This document shows positions 44,545 to 52,852 of a DNA stretch of 64,000 nucleotides, one piece after another. Location: the NCBI GenBank assembly GCA_035514295.1, contig DATKBB010000021.1:74460-138459 (forward strand), in the 5' to 3' direction. Position 1 is the first letter of the stretch. Every line of letters starts with the position of its first letter. This stretch comes from Candidatus Limnocylindria bacterium (GTDB lineage: Bacteria; Chloroflexota; Limnocylindria; Limnocylindrales; CSP1-4). The notes beneath the pieces are model-generated. The model ran no database searches. It saw nothing but the letters and a program-made list of their open reading frames with translations, and was not told the DNA's origin. The translations under genes and the position numbers were made by a program.

Positions 44545-45396
44545 ATGAACGAGCGCGACAGCGCTGGGGGCAGCTCCAAGGCGGGAGAATCGGCTGAGCA
44601 GCGGCCCGGACGGGCTGAACCTTTGGCGGAGGCGGCCGACCAGCAGGCGAAGGCAAGCCACGACGAACCGGCCTCCGGCAAGCCCCGCGAGGCGCCCGAG
44701 CGACTGGCGGCGGGGCTGGTCAGCGTCGCGACCACGATCGCCGACGCCGCCGGTCCGGTGATATCAGCGGCCCGGCGACCCGTCGACCAGCTGGCCAGTG
44801 GCGCACGACGCATGCTGGACGAGCGGAGCGGCGCGCGAGTGCGCCAGGTGCGGCGCATGGGTCACCAGCCTTTACGCAACCTGTGGGAGGTGCACCCCGA
44901 GGCGCGCCGCGCCTCGATACGTGAGCTGGGCCTCCAGACCGTTCCCATCGAAGGTGTGGCAGGTACGGCCGTCGAGGGCTCGGCCCAGCGTGGCGGCGAC
45001 TTCCTGCCCCTGCGCGACCGGCGCAGCGCGGACTGGCGCTCCCGCTGGCAGCGCATCCTGAAGGCGGTAGAGGGCCTGGTCCACCTGCCGCCAATCGAGG
45101 TGCTCAAGTTCGGCGACAAGTACTGGGTGCTCGACGGGCACAACCGGATGGCGGCCGCGCTCTACAGCGGGCAGGTCGCCATCGACGCGGTCGTCTACGA
45201 GTTGCGCATGCCCGGCATCAGGGCGCACGCCGGGCCTACGAGCATCGCGCCCTACCTCGAGGGCAGTAGAGACCTGCGCGACGTGGGCAGCGGCCGGCTC
45301 AGCCGGACCAGCAGCCGGCCGGAGGTCCTGCGCGGCCCGGCCCGCCCGCCCGGTCGCCCCGCCGACGAGCCGGTCGACGACGGCGATAGGGAGTGA
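44545..45396 (+). CDS. ParB/sulfiredoxin-fold (ParB-like nuclease domain) protein with disordered termini
   Basis: Start at ATG 44545 (MNERDSAGG...). The core is ...LQTVPIEGVAGT...GGDFLPL...RWQRILKAVEGLVHLPPIEVLKFGDKYWVLDGHNRMAAALYSGQVAIDAVVYEL, with the DGH(N/H)R motif typical of ParB/Srx-fold proteins. Confidence 0.65.
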   Translation: MNERDSAGGSSKAGESAEQRPGRAEPLAEAADQQAKASHDEPASGKPREAPERLAAGLVSVATTIADAAGPVISAARRPVDQLASGARRMLDERSGARVRQVRRMGHQPLRNLWEVHPEARRASIRELGLQTVPIEGVAGTAVEGSAQRGGDFLPLRDRRSADWRSRWQRILKAVEGLVHLPPIEVLKFGDKYWVLDGHNRMAAALYSGQVAIDAVVYELRMPGIRAHAGPTSIAPYLEGSRDLRDVGSGRLSRTSSRPEVLRGPARPPGRPADEPVDDGDRE

Positions 45397-46082
45397 TCCG
45401 CCGGCTCACGCTCGACTGGTCGGGCAGGCGGTCGTCAGGCAGCAGCGGCCCCACCAGCGTGCGCCTGCTGGCGGTGTCCGACGAGCGCGAAGCCGCTTTG
45501 GAGGAGATTCGCAACCGGCAGGCCATCGAGCCGGTCGATGTCATCGTGGGCTGCGGCGACCTCGAACCGGACTATCTTTCGTTCTTGGGAGACGCGTTTC
45601 GCGCCCCGTTGCTCTACGTGCGCGGCAACCACGATCAGGGCGGCGCGTGGGATGCCGCCCACCAGGAAGTTCCGGAGCCGCTGGCCGGCGGATTGCACGA
45701 AGCCGCCGGGCTGAGCTTCGCGGGCCTGGGCTGGCCATCGCGGCGCCACGGCCGAGCAGAGCGCGACGATACGTCAGCCTGGCAGCAGGCCATCAGTGTC
45801 TACCTGCGCCTGCGCCTGCGCGGGGCGCGCCCGGACGTCGTCCTCAGTCATGTGCCCCCGCGGGGCGTGGGCGACATCCCCGCCGACCCCTACCACCGCG
45901 GCTTTGCCGCCTATCGCTGGCTGTGCCGGCGCCTCTCGCCGGTTCTCTGGCTGCACGGCCACACCACCATGGCGGCGGCCAAGCACTGGCGCACGGAACT
46001 GGACGGCACGACCCTGGTCAACGTCACCGGCGCTGCGTTGATCGAGCTGCAGCGACGTCCTCGATCGCCTGGGCCAGCCTGA
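45393..46082 (+). CDS. metallophosphoesterase (calcineurin-like)
   Basis: The GTG start overlaps the upstream stop (GTGA). Motifs present are GCGDLEPD, VRGNHD, LSHVPP and LHGHT. The first D-x-H motif looks degenerate (LAVSDERE). Confidence 0.78.
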   Translation: MIRRLTLDWSGRRSSGSSGPTSVRLLAVSDEREAALEEIRNRQAIEPVDVIVGCGDLEPDYLSFLGDAFRAPLLYVRGNHDQGGAWDAAHQEVPEPLAGGLHEAAGLSFAGLGWPSRRHGRAERDDTSAWQQAISVYLRLRLRGARPDVVLSHVPPRGVGDIPADPYHRGFAAYRWLCRRLSPVLWLHGHTTMAAAKHWRTELDGTTLVNVTGAALIELQRRPRSPGPA

Positions 46083-46191
46083 TGTCGCGACGCGTCAGTC
46101 CGCCGGCCGCATGCGTCCACGTGCTGAGCCGCACGTCGCGCCAGTGGATGAACACGTCAGGCTGGCGGTTTATTTCCGCGGCGGCAGGCAT
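46024..46191 (-). pseudogene. pterin-4a-carbinolamine dehydratase (PCD/DCoH)-like C-terminal fragment
   Basis: An untracked 55-codon ORF, MPAAAEINRQPDVFIHWRDVRLSTWTHAAGGLTRRDIRLAQAIEDV..., matches the PCD pattern AE..HHPD....W..V...L.TH..GG.T..D..LA..ID. However, the HH is replaced by RQ, an in-frame TAG (46213-46215) lies just upstream, and the ORF overlaps the last 59 nt of the metallophosphoesterase gene. Confidence 0.4.
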
Positions 46192-46278
46192 GCTCGAAAG
46201 CCCAGACCGGTACTATCCGCCAAGGCTGACCAGCGACCCGACTGGAACGCGACTCGCCAGCGGAGGCAGCGGCGATAG

Positions 46279-47478
46279 ATGACCCGAATCCTGCTTTACA
46301 CCGGCAAGGGCGGCGTTGGCAAGACCAGCGTAGCCGCGGCCACGGCCGTGCTCTGCGCAGCCCGGGGTCAGCGCACCTTGCTTGTCTCGACCGACATCGC
46401 GCACAGCCTGAGCGACACGCTGGACCACGCCATCGGCCCCGAGCCGACCCAGATCGCCGAAGGGCTGTGGGCGCAGGAGCCTGACGTCTTCTTCAACATC
46501 TCGCGCTATTGGCGCACCATCCAGTCGTACTTCGCCAGCCTTTTCTCGTGGGGCGGCCTGGACGAGGTGATGGCCGAGGAGATGACCGTCCTGCCGGGCA
46601 TGGACGAGCTGGGCAACCTGCTCTGGATCGGCGACCACGTCGACCACGGCGACTACGACCTGATCGTGGTCGATGCCGCCCCAACCGGCGAGACCGTCCG
46701 CCTGCTCTCGCTGCCCGAGGCCAGCCGCTGGTGGATCGAGAAGATCGCCCCCATCGGCCGCCGTGTACAGCGCCTGGGCGGGCCCGTGCTGCGCAAGATC
46801 GTGGGCGTGCCCATGCCCAGCGACGACGTCTATGAGTCGGCCGAGTACCTGCTCGACCGCCTGCGCTACGTGCACCGTCTGCTGTCCGACCCGGAGCGCT
46901 CGTCGGTGCGCCTCGTGCTCAACCTCGAGCGCGTCTCGATCCAGGAGGCGCAACGCTCCTTCACCTACTTCCACCTCTACGGCTACCCCACGGACCTGAT
47001 CGTGGCCAATCGCGTGCTGCCTGCCGGAGTGGGCTCCTACTTCGACGCCTGGCGCAAGGCCCAGGCGCGTTACCTGCCGCTGGTCGAGGAGCAGTTCGCA
47101 CCCGTGCCCGTGCGCACGGTGCCCTTCTTCGAGCACGAGGTGGTGGGGCAGGAGCGCCTGACGGAGCTGGGCCGGGCGCTCTTCGGCGATGCCGATCCGG
47201 CCGTCTTCCTGTACCGCGGCCGCCCCTACCGGGTGGTCCGCGAGAATGGGGGCTATACGCTGTCGCTCGAGTTGCCCTTCGCGACGCGCGACGCGATCAG
47301 CCTGTCGCGCAACGCGGACGAGCTGGTGCTGCAGGTCGGCGCCTGGCGCCGTAACCTCGTGTTGCCACGGTTGCTGCTCGACGCGCCGACGGAAGGAGCG
47401 CGGATGGAGGATCGAGTGTTGAAGGTCCGCTTCGCGGAGCCAGCGCGGGGCAGCAGGGGAGGTAAGCGCAATGGATGA
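46279..47478 (+). CDS. ArsA/GET3-family ATPase with HSP20-like C-terminal domain
   Basis: The deviant Walker A is LLYTGKGGVGKTSVAAATA. ArsA blocks are STDIAHSL and VVDAAPTGETVRLL. The C-terminal alpha-crystallin-like segment is YTLSLELPFATRDAISLSRNADELVLQVGAWRRNLVLP...RMEDRVLKVRF. Confidence 0.88.
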   Translation: MTRILLYTGKGGVGKTSVAAATAVLCAARGQRTLLVSTDIAHSLSDTLDHAIGPEPTQIAEGLWAQEPDVFFNISRYWRTIQSYFASLFSWGGLDEVMAEEMTVLPGMDELGNLLWIGDHVDHGDYDLIVVDAAPTGETVRLLSLPEASRWWIEKIAPIGRRVQRLGGPVLRKIVGVPMPSDDVYESAEYLLDRLRYVHRLLSDPERSSVRLVLNLERVSIQEAQRSFTYFHLYGYPTDLIVANRVLPAGVGSYFDAWRKAQARYLPLVEEQFAPVPVRTVPFFEHEVVGQERLTELGRALFGDADPAVFLYRGRPYRVVRENGGYTLSLELPFATRDAISLSRNADELVLQVGAWRRNLVLPRLLLDAPTEGARMEDRVLKVRFAEPARGSRGGKRNG

Positions 47479-47746
47479 TCCAGGACGAACCGCCACGTCA
47501 GACCGCGACATGCGGCTCGAGGAGCTTGAGGAACGCATCGGCCAGCTCGAGGAACGACGTGGCACCGTCGAACGGTCGCGCTCGGCGATGACCACGCTCG
47601 TGCCCGGCGAGACGCGCCGGCACCTGCGCGCAGCCGGCCGCGAGCAGCTGCTGGCCGTGCGCAGCCTGCTCGATTACTGGATCGGACGGTTGCGCGACGA
47701 GCCCGAGCGCCCGGATCGGACGCGGGAGAACATCAAGATCGAATAG
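47471..47746 (+). CDS. small helical/coiled-coil protein, unknown function
   Basis: 91-aa ORF overlapping the ArsA-like stop by 8 nt. Third-position G/C bias matches the coding genes. The sequence includes ...RLEELEERIGQLEERRG...LLAVRSLLDYWIGRL... Confidence 0.55.
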   Translation: MDDPGRTATSDRDMRLEELEERIGQLEERRGTVERSRSAMTTLVPGETRRHLRAAGREQLLAVRSLLDYWIGRLRDEPERPDRTRENIKIE

Positions 47747-47841
47747 GCCCACTCCGAGTCCGCCGGGTCGGGTGGCATCGGACAGTGTCGCGCTTCCGAT
47801 GTGTAAGATAACTGTCGAACGGAAGTAATACGTAGTTCACA

Positions 47842-47867
47842 GAGCCGGCTCGCGTGATAGCCGGCTC
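47842..47867 (+). promoter_or_regulatory. 9-bp perfect hairpin just upstream of the MFS gene, following an AT-rich patch
   Basis: GAGCCGGCT (47842-47850) / AGCCGGCTC (47859-47867) with loop cgcgtgat. It is preceded by the AT-richer stretch 47795-47841 (gatgtgtaagataactgtcgaacggaagtaatacgtagttcaca), which contains -10-like TAAGAT and TAATAC. Confidence 0.3.
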
Positions 47868-47885
47868 GAGCACGTGGATTGGGGC

Positions 47886-49229
47886 ATGACAGGGCGTTTG
47901 GGACGGTACATCGCAGGTTTCCGTGGCTTCGGCCCGGACGCGCGCGTGTTCCTCTTCACCACGCTGCTCTCCAGCGGCGCGATCAGCCTGTTCTGGATCA
48001 ACTTCAACCTGTACCTCGCCGCGCTCGGCCTGGATCGCTCGACCATCGGCCTGATCGCGACGACCGGCGCGTTGAGCTCGGCAGTGGCGGCCCTGCCGGC
48101 CAGCGTGCTGGCCGACCGCATCGGCCGGCGGCTGGCGATGGTCATCGGCGCCACCCTGGCTTCCCTCGCCCTGGCCGGCCTGCTGGTCGTCGAAGCCACG
48201 CCGCTGCTCTTCCTGCTGGCGGTGGCCTACGGCGCGGGCCAGCAGACGCTGTTCGTGGTGGCCGTGCCGTTCATGACCGAGCGCAGCCGGCCGGAGCAGC
48301 GCAACGAGCTCTTCGCGCTGCAGTTCGCGATCACCAACGGCACGCAGGTGGTGGCCGCCCTGGCGGGCAGCGCGCTGGCCGCTTCGGTGGCTGCCGCGAC
48401 CGGTCACGGCGCGGAGAGCCCGGAGGCGTACCGGGTGCTGCTAGGGCTGATGCTCGTGCTCATGCTGGCCGCGCTGGCCAGCCTGTTCCGGCTCAGCGAC
48501 GACCGGCCGCGCGGCGAGCGCGCCAGGGCCGTGGCCCAGGGCGAGCCGCCGGCGACCCGTGGTGCGGCCGCCCTCCGCCGCCTGGACCGACTGGGCATAC
48601 GCATCAGCAATCCGCGCCTGTTGGTCAAGCTGCTGCTGCCCGGCTTCCTCATTGCCCTTGGTGCGGGCCAGGTCATCCCCTTCCTGAACCTGTACATCCA
48701 GGGCCGCTTCCAGCTCGATCTTGGCGCAGTCAACGCCGTCTTCGCGGTGACCGCCTTCGGCACCATGCTGGCCATCCTGCTCCAGCCGGCGCTGGCCAAG
48801 CGCTACGGCAAGATCGGCTCGGTGGTCATCGTTCAGGCCGCCAGCATCCCCTTCCTGATCGTGCTCGGCTTCGCACCCATCGTCTGGCTGGTGATCATGG
48901 CCATGGCCGTGCGCAACTCGCTGATGAACGCCGGCAACCCGATCCTCAACGCCTTCGTCATGGAACAGGTCCGGCCGGCGGAGCGCGCCACCGTGGCGGC
49001 GGCGATGAGCCTGCTCTGGTCGGCCGGCTGGGTCATCGCCGGGCTGTACTACAGCGTCGTGCAGGGTGCGCTCGGCTTCGAGGCCGGCTACACCGTCAAT
49101 TTCGTGACGATCATCGTGCTCTACAGCATCGCCACCGGCCTGTACTGGCTGTGGTTCCGCCACGCAGAGCAGGGGAAGCCCGCCGCCGGGATGGCGCCGG
49201 CCGGTGGCGAGTTGAGCTCGGTCGACTGA
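47886..49229 (+). CDS. MFS transporter
   Basis: 12-TM pattern with the MFS loop motif LADRIGRRLAM. I chose the start at ATG 47886 (MTGRLGRYIAG...); the tracked GTG 47874 is an alternative. Confidence 0.85.
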   Translation: MTGRLGRYIAGFRGFGPDARVFLFTTLLSSGAISLFWINFNLYLAALGLDRSTIGLIATTGALSSAVAALPASVLADRIGRRLAMVIGATLASLALAGLLVVEATPLLFLLAVAYGAGQQTLFVVAVPFMTERSRPEQRNELFALQFAITNGTQVVAALAGSALAASVAAATGHGAESPEAYRVLLGLMLVLMLAALASLFRLSDDRPRGERARAVAQGEPPATRGAAALRRLDRLGIRISNPRLLVKLLLPGFLIALGAGQVIPFLNLYIQGRFQLDLGAVNAVFAVTAFGTMLAILLQPALAKRYGKIGSVVIVQAASIPFLIVLGFAPIVWLVIMAMAVRNSLMNAGNPILNAFVMEQVRPAERATVAAAMSLLWSAGWVIAGLYYSVVQGALGFEAGYTVNFVTIIVLYSIATGLYWLWFRHAEQGKPAAGMAPAGGELSSVD

Positions 49230-49314
49230 CGAGCGGGCAAGGAACCGGCGCGTCTTCGCTCACGTCTAGCCCCCGACCCCCAGCCCTCACAGCACTCAAC
49301 ACTGGAGAACGCGC

Positions 49315-49800
49315 GTGTCGACCACTCCCCGCCGCCTGGCCTTGCTGCTTGCCCTGGGCCTGGTCGCCGCCTGCGGCGCACCGGCCGTCAGCCCGAGCCC
49401 CAGCGCGGCACCGCATGCGAGCCTCACACCGAGCCCCACCAGCCCACCCAGCCCAGCGCCGCCCAGCGCCAGCCCGGACACAGAGGCCTACGTCGCGACG
49501 ATCGCAGTGGTGGGCGAGCAGTACCGCATCCTGCTGACCGACCCGGCCGACATCGAGATCGCGCGCCGGCTGCTGGCCGGCGAGGAGGCGCCCAGCATTC
49601 CCAATGGGCTGATTGTCCGAGGCGACCCGGGCGTCAATACGGGCTACAGCTGGCACATCGACCCGCAATCGGTCGAGTTCGCCGACATGACCATGGAGCT
49701 GTGCGACGGGCTGCCCTCGTTCGTGGAGGACGGAACGCTCGAGGGCGATCGCTTCTGCCCCTGGAGCGCGGAGATCGTCGACCTGCAGCCGGCCGACTGA
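49315..49800 (+). CDS. lipoprotein, unknown function
   Basis: GTG start with GGAG upstream. The signal peptide has lipobox LGLVAAC, followed by a Pro/Ser linker and a roughly 100-aa globular domain with two Cys (ELCDG...FCPW). Confidence 0.6.
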   Translation: MSTTPRRLALLLALGLVAACGAPAVSPSPSAAPHASLTPSPTSPPSPAPPSASPDTEAYVATIAVVGEQYRILLTDPADIEIARRLLAGEEAPSIPNGLIVRGDPGVNTGYSWHIDPQSVEFADMTMELCDGLPSFVEDGTLEGDRFCPWSAEIVDLQPAD

Positions 49801-49932
49801 TCGGGCCCAGCGAGCATACGAAAACGCCCGAAGGAGCCGTCCGGTCCGGTGACCGCCGACAGTGGCGAACCACCATCGTCGGCTCCGTTTCCGTGGCCCC
49901 TTCGGGACGACCCAAATGTAGCGGTTCCCCCG

Positions 49933-50013
49933 GGTGGATCGCAAGGGGAGTTGTCCACGAATCCGGCCGGCCTGCACCGGTTATCCACGGCCCGCCCCAA
50001 GCGGCCGTCCACA
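49933..50013. promoter_or_regulatory. second cluster of DnaA-box-like 9-mers
   Basis: GGTGGATCG (49933-49941, = CGATCCACC on -), TTGTCCACG (49951-49959), TTATCCACG (49981-49989), CCGTCCACA (50005-50013). It shares the words TTATCCACGG, TCCACGAA and CGTCCACAG with the 6.5-kb cluster. Confidence 0.45.
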
Positions 50014-50062
50014 GCCTCGGCTTTCGGCGCAGAATCGCCGGCTGCCCGATGATGTCCGGCAC

Positions 50063-51553
50063 ATGACCTACCAGCAGCAGCCGCCTGCCGGACCGCCGGC
50101 CTGGACACCGGCTCCGCCAGCCCGGGATGGCAGATCGGGGGTCCGTCCACTGCTGTTGGTGGGCGGACTCCTGGCGCTGGCCATCGTCTTCGTGGCCGGC
50201 CTGCTGCTGGGCCACAGCGGCCTGCTCCGCTCACCGGGTACCGGACTTGCACCGACCATCAGTCCCCTGCCAACCCTCGCGCCGGCCAGCGCGTTGCCGG
50301 GCACGGCGGACCCAACGACGCCCGAGCCGGCGACCGACGAACCCAGCCTGGAGCCAACAACGGCTCCCTCGCCCACTCAGCGGCTGGAGACACCCGTGCC
50401 GGTCGTCACGCCGGATCCCGGCCCCACGCCTACTCAGCCGCCCGATGCGCCGGCCGACTTCGGGCTCTTCTGGGAGGCACTGGAGATCATCCGCCAGCAG
50501 TTCGTGGGGCGGGACGAGCTGGAGGATCGGCAGCTCACCTACGGCGCCATCGACGGCCTGGTCGAGGCCCTGGGCGACACCGGTCACACGGTCTTCCTGA
50601 CGCCAGAGCAACTGCAACGCGAGCGCGAGTCGCTCAGCGGCACGATCGTCGGCGTGGGAGCCCTGCTGGGCGAGCGCGCCGGCCGGCCGATCATCGTGTC
50701 GGTCATCAGCGGCGGCCCTGCCCAGCGCGCCGGGCTGCGCTCGGGGGATGCCTTCGTGACCGTCGACGGCGAGAGCGTGGTAGATCTCGAGCCGGCGGAG
50801 ATAGCCACGCGCGTGCGTGGTGAGGCTGGCACCACGGTCGAGATCGTGGTCGATCGGCCGGCCAGCGGGGAGCGGCTGACCTTCAGCATCGTGCGCGAGG
50901 AGATCCGCATCCCTGCCGCAGGCTGGGCGATGGTGCCCGGCACGGACATCGCCGTCCTTCGCCTGATCCAGTTCTCGGACGGCGCGGGCGACGCGCTGCA
51001 GGAGGTGCGCGACCAGGCCGTCGCCGCCGGCGCGGGCTCGTTCATCCTGGACCTGCGCAGCAACCCGGGCGGTATCGTGCACGAGGCCGTGCACACGGCC
51101 AGCCTCTTCCTCGACGAGGGCAATGTCTACATCCGCGAGCAGGCCGATGGCAGCCGTATCCCGGAGCCGGTCGACCAGAACGTGCCTTCCAGCGACCTGC
51201 CCATGGTCGTGCTGATCGACGAGGGCACCGCCAGCTCGGCCGAGATCGTCTCCGGCGCGCTCCGCTCGGCGGGCCGGGCGGAGCTGGTGGGCGCGACCAC
51301 GTTCGGCACGGGCACGGTGCTGCTGACCTACGAGCTGTCCGACGGTTCGGCCGTTCGGCTGGCCGTGGAGCGCTGGCTGACGCCGGACGGCGAGCTCATC
51401 TTCGGCCAGGGCATCACGCCGACGCAGGAAGTGGAGCTGGCCGCCACCGACCGGCCCGTCGAGCCGGACGAGCTGCGCGACCTGGCACCGGAGGACATTC
51501 CCAACCTGCCCGACCCGCAGCTCCTGCGGGCGATTGAGCTGCTGGGCAGCTGA
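50063..51553 (+). CDS. S41-family C-terminal processing peptidase (PDZ-containing), membrane-anchored
   Basis: Start at ATG 50063 (MTYQQQPPAG... then TM LLLVGGLLALAIVFVAGLLLG). A PDZ region is present. The catalytic blocks are ILDLRSNPGGIVHEAV and VVLIDEGTASSAEIVSGAL. Confidence 0.9.
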   Translation: MTYQQQPPAGPPAWTPAPPARDGRSGVRPLLLVGGLLALAIVFVAGLLLGHSGLLRSPGTGLAPTISPLPTLAPASALPGTADPTTPEPATDEPSLEPTTAPSPTQRLETPVPVVTPDPGPTPTQPPDAPADFGLFWEALEIIRQQFVGRDELEDRQLTYGAIDGLVEALGDTGHTVFLTPEQLQRERESLSGTIVGVGALLGERAGRPIIVSVISGGPAQRAGLRSGDAFVTVDGESVVDLEPAEIATRVRGEAGTTVEIVVDRPASGERLTFSIVREEIRIPAAGWAMVPGTDIAVLRLIQFSDGAGDALQEVRDQAVAAGAGSFILDLRSNPGGIVHEAVHTASLFLDEGNVYIREQADGSRIPEPVDQNVPSSDLPMVVLIDEGTASSAEIVSGALRSAGRAELVGATTFGTGTVLLTYELSDGSAVRLAVERWLTPDGELIFGQGITPTQEVELAATDRPVEPDELRDLAPEDIPNLPDPQLLRAIELLGS

Positions 51554-51573
51554 GCGAAAGGAGGTTCGAAGTC

Positions 51574-51825
51574 ATGACTGAGCCAGAGCGCAACCCGCCG
51601 GGGCCGGACGACTGGCCGGACGAGGCGGGTGGCGGCCAGGCGCAGGACGGGCTGCGCCAGGACGTCGGCTCCAGCCAGGGCCGGCCACGCGAGGAGGACG
51701 AAGCGCCTCCCGAGCGGGTCGAGGAGGCCGGCCAGCGGGGACCGGCTGGCGCCGGCCAGGTGCCCGGCCGGGGCAAGCTGGGCAGCCAGACGTCGACAGA
51801 CGAGGGGGTTGAGGCCGAAGGCTGA
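51574..51825 (+). CDS. small acidic, disordered protein, unknown function
   Basis: 83-aa ORF with a strong AAAGGAGG about 8 nt upstream of the ATG and G/C-rich third positions. No motif recognised. Confidence 0.5.
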   Translation: MTEPERNPPGPDDWPDEAGGGQAQDGLRQDVGSSQGRPREEDEAPPERVEEAGQRGPAGAGQVPGRGKLGSQTSTDEGVEAEG

Positions 51826-51841
51826 CCCCGGCCTCGGGACC

Positions 51842-52762
51842 TCAGTGGACGGGGCCGGCTTCGCCTTCCTCGCCTGTAACAGCGGCGAAGGTTACCTCCG
51901 CGCTCCGCTCCTCCGTGCCGCGCACAACTACGAGTCGGAGACCCATGCCGGGCTCGAGCCGTCCCAGGACGGCGTACAGCTCGTCTGCGCTGCGCAGCGC
52001 CTGGCCGTCGGCCTCGATCAGCAAATCGCCTTCTTGGATACCGGCCTGCTCGGCCGGGCTCTCTACCTCGACGCCGCGCACCAGCAGGCCGTCGCGCTCG
52101 GGCAGGCCCACCGCGCGGCGCAGCCGGCGGGCGGCTCGCTCGGGTGCGATGGCCACTCCCAGGCGGGGCCGCTCGATCGTCTCCCCGCGCTGGAGTGCGG
52201 CGACACGCTGGCGCAGGGCTTCGTCGGCCGGCAGCGCCACGTAGAAGCCGCCTCCCAGGCGGTTGGTGTTGATGCCGGCCAGCCGGCCCTGCGAGTCGAG
52301 CAGGGGACCGCCCGACGAGCCTGGGGCCAGCGGCGCGGTGTGCTCCAGCCCCCCGCTGATGGGCCGGCCACGCGGTCCGTGGAAGGCCCGCGCGATGCTG
52401 GAGACCGTTCCGAAGGTGACCCGCGGCCCGCCGCCGTTGAGCGCCAGCGCCAGCACCGGGCTGCCCAGCCCGAGCGGCTGGTCGGCCCATTCGACGGCCT
52501 GGCTACCACCCGTCTCGACGGCCAGCACGGCCAGGTCGCCGTCGACGTCCAGGCCATGGACGCGGGCCTGCTCTCGGCGCCCGTCGCCGAATGTGACCGT
52601 CGGGTTGTCCGAGCGCACGTTGTGGGCGTTGGTCAGCACGTAGCCGGACGCCACGACGACACCCGAGCCGCCGCGCCAGCCGCCCCCGATGCGCACCACT
52701 GCTGGTCCCGCGCTCTGCGCTACGCGCGCGATGACGTCCTGCAATTCCTCGAGCAATGCCAT
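51842..52762 (-). CDS. HtrA/DegP-like trypsin-fold serine protease with PDZ domain (no signal peptide seen)
   Basis: Start at ATG 52762 (MALLEELQDVIARVAQS...). The triad context is TNAHNV, DGDLAVLAV and GSSGGPLLD. The C-terminal PDZ has GLLVRGVEVESPAEQAGIQEGDLLIEADG. Confidence 0.85.
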   Translation of the reverse strand: MALLEELQDVIARVAQSAGPAVVRIGGGWRGGSGVVVASGYVLTNAHNVRSDNPTVTFGDGRREQARVHGLDVDGDLAVLAVETGGSQAVEWADQPLGLGSPVLALALNGGGPRVTFGTVSSIARAFHGPRGRPISGGLEHTAPLAPGSSGGPLLDSQGRLAGINTNRLGGGFYVALPADEALRQRVAALQRGETIERPRLGVAIAPERAARRLRRAVGLPERDGLLVRGVEVESPAEQAGIQEGDLLIEADGQALRSADELYAVLGRLEPGMGLRLVVVRGTEERSAEVTFAAVTGEEGEAGPVH

Positions 52763-52852
52763 TTCGTTGTTCCCTGTCCTCGTACGTTCGCCAGAGTAGA
52801 TAGCAAGTTGCAAGTTACCACTCCATTCACCGCCCGGCAAGCGGCACGTACC

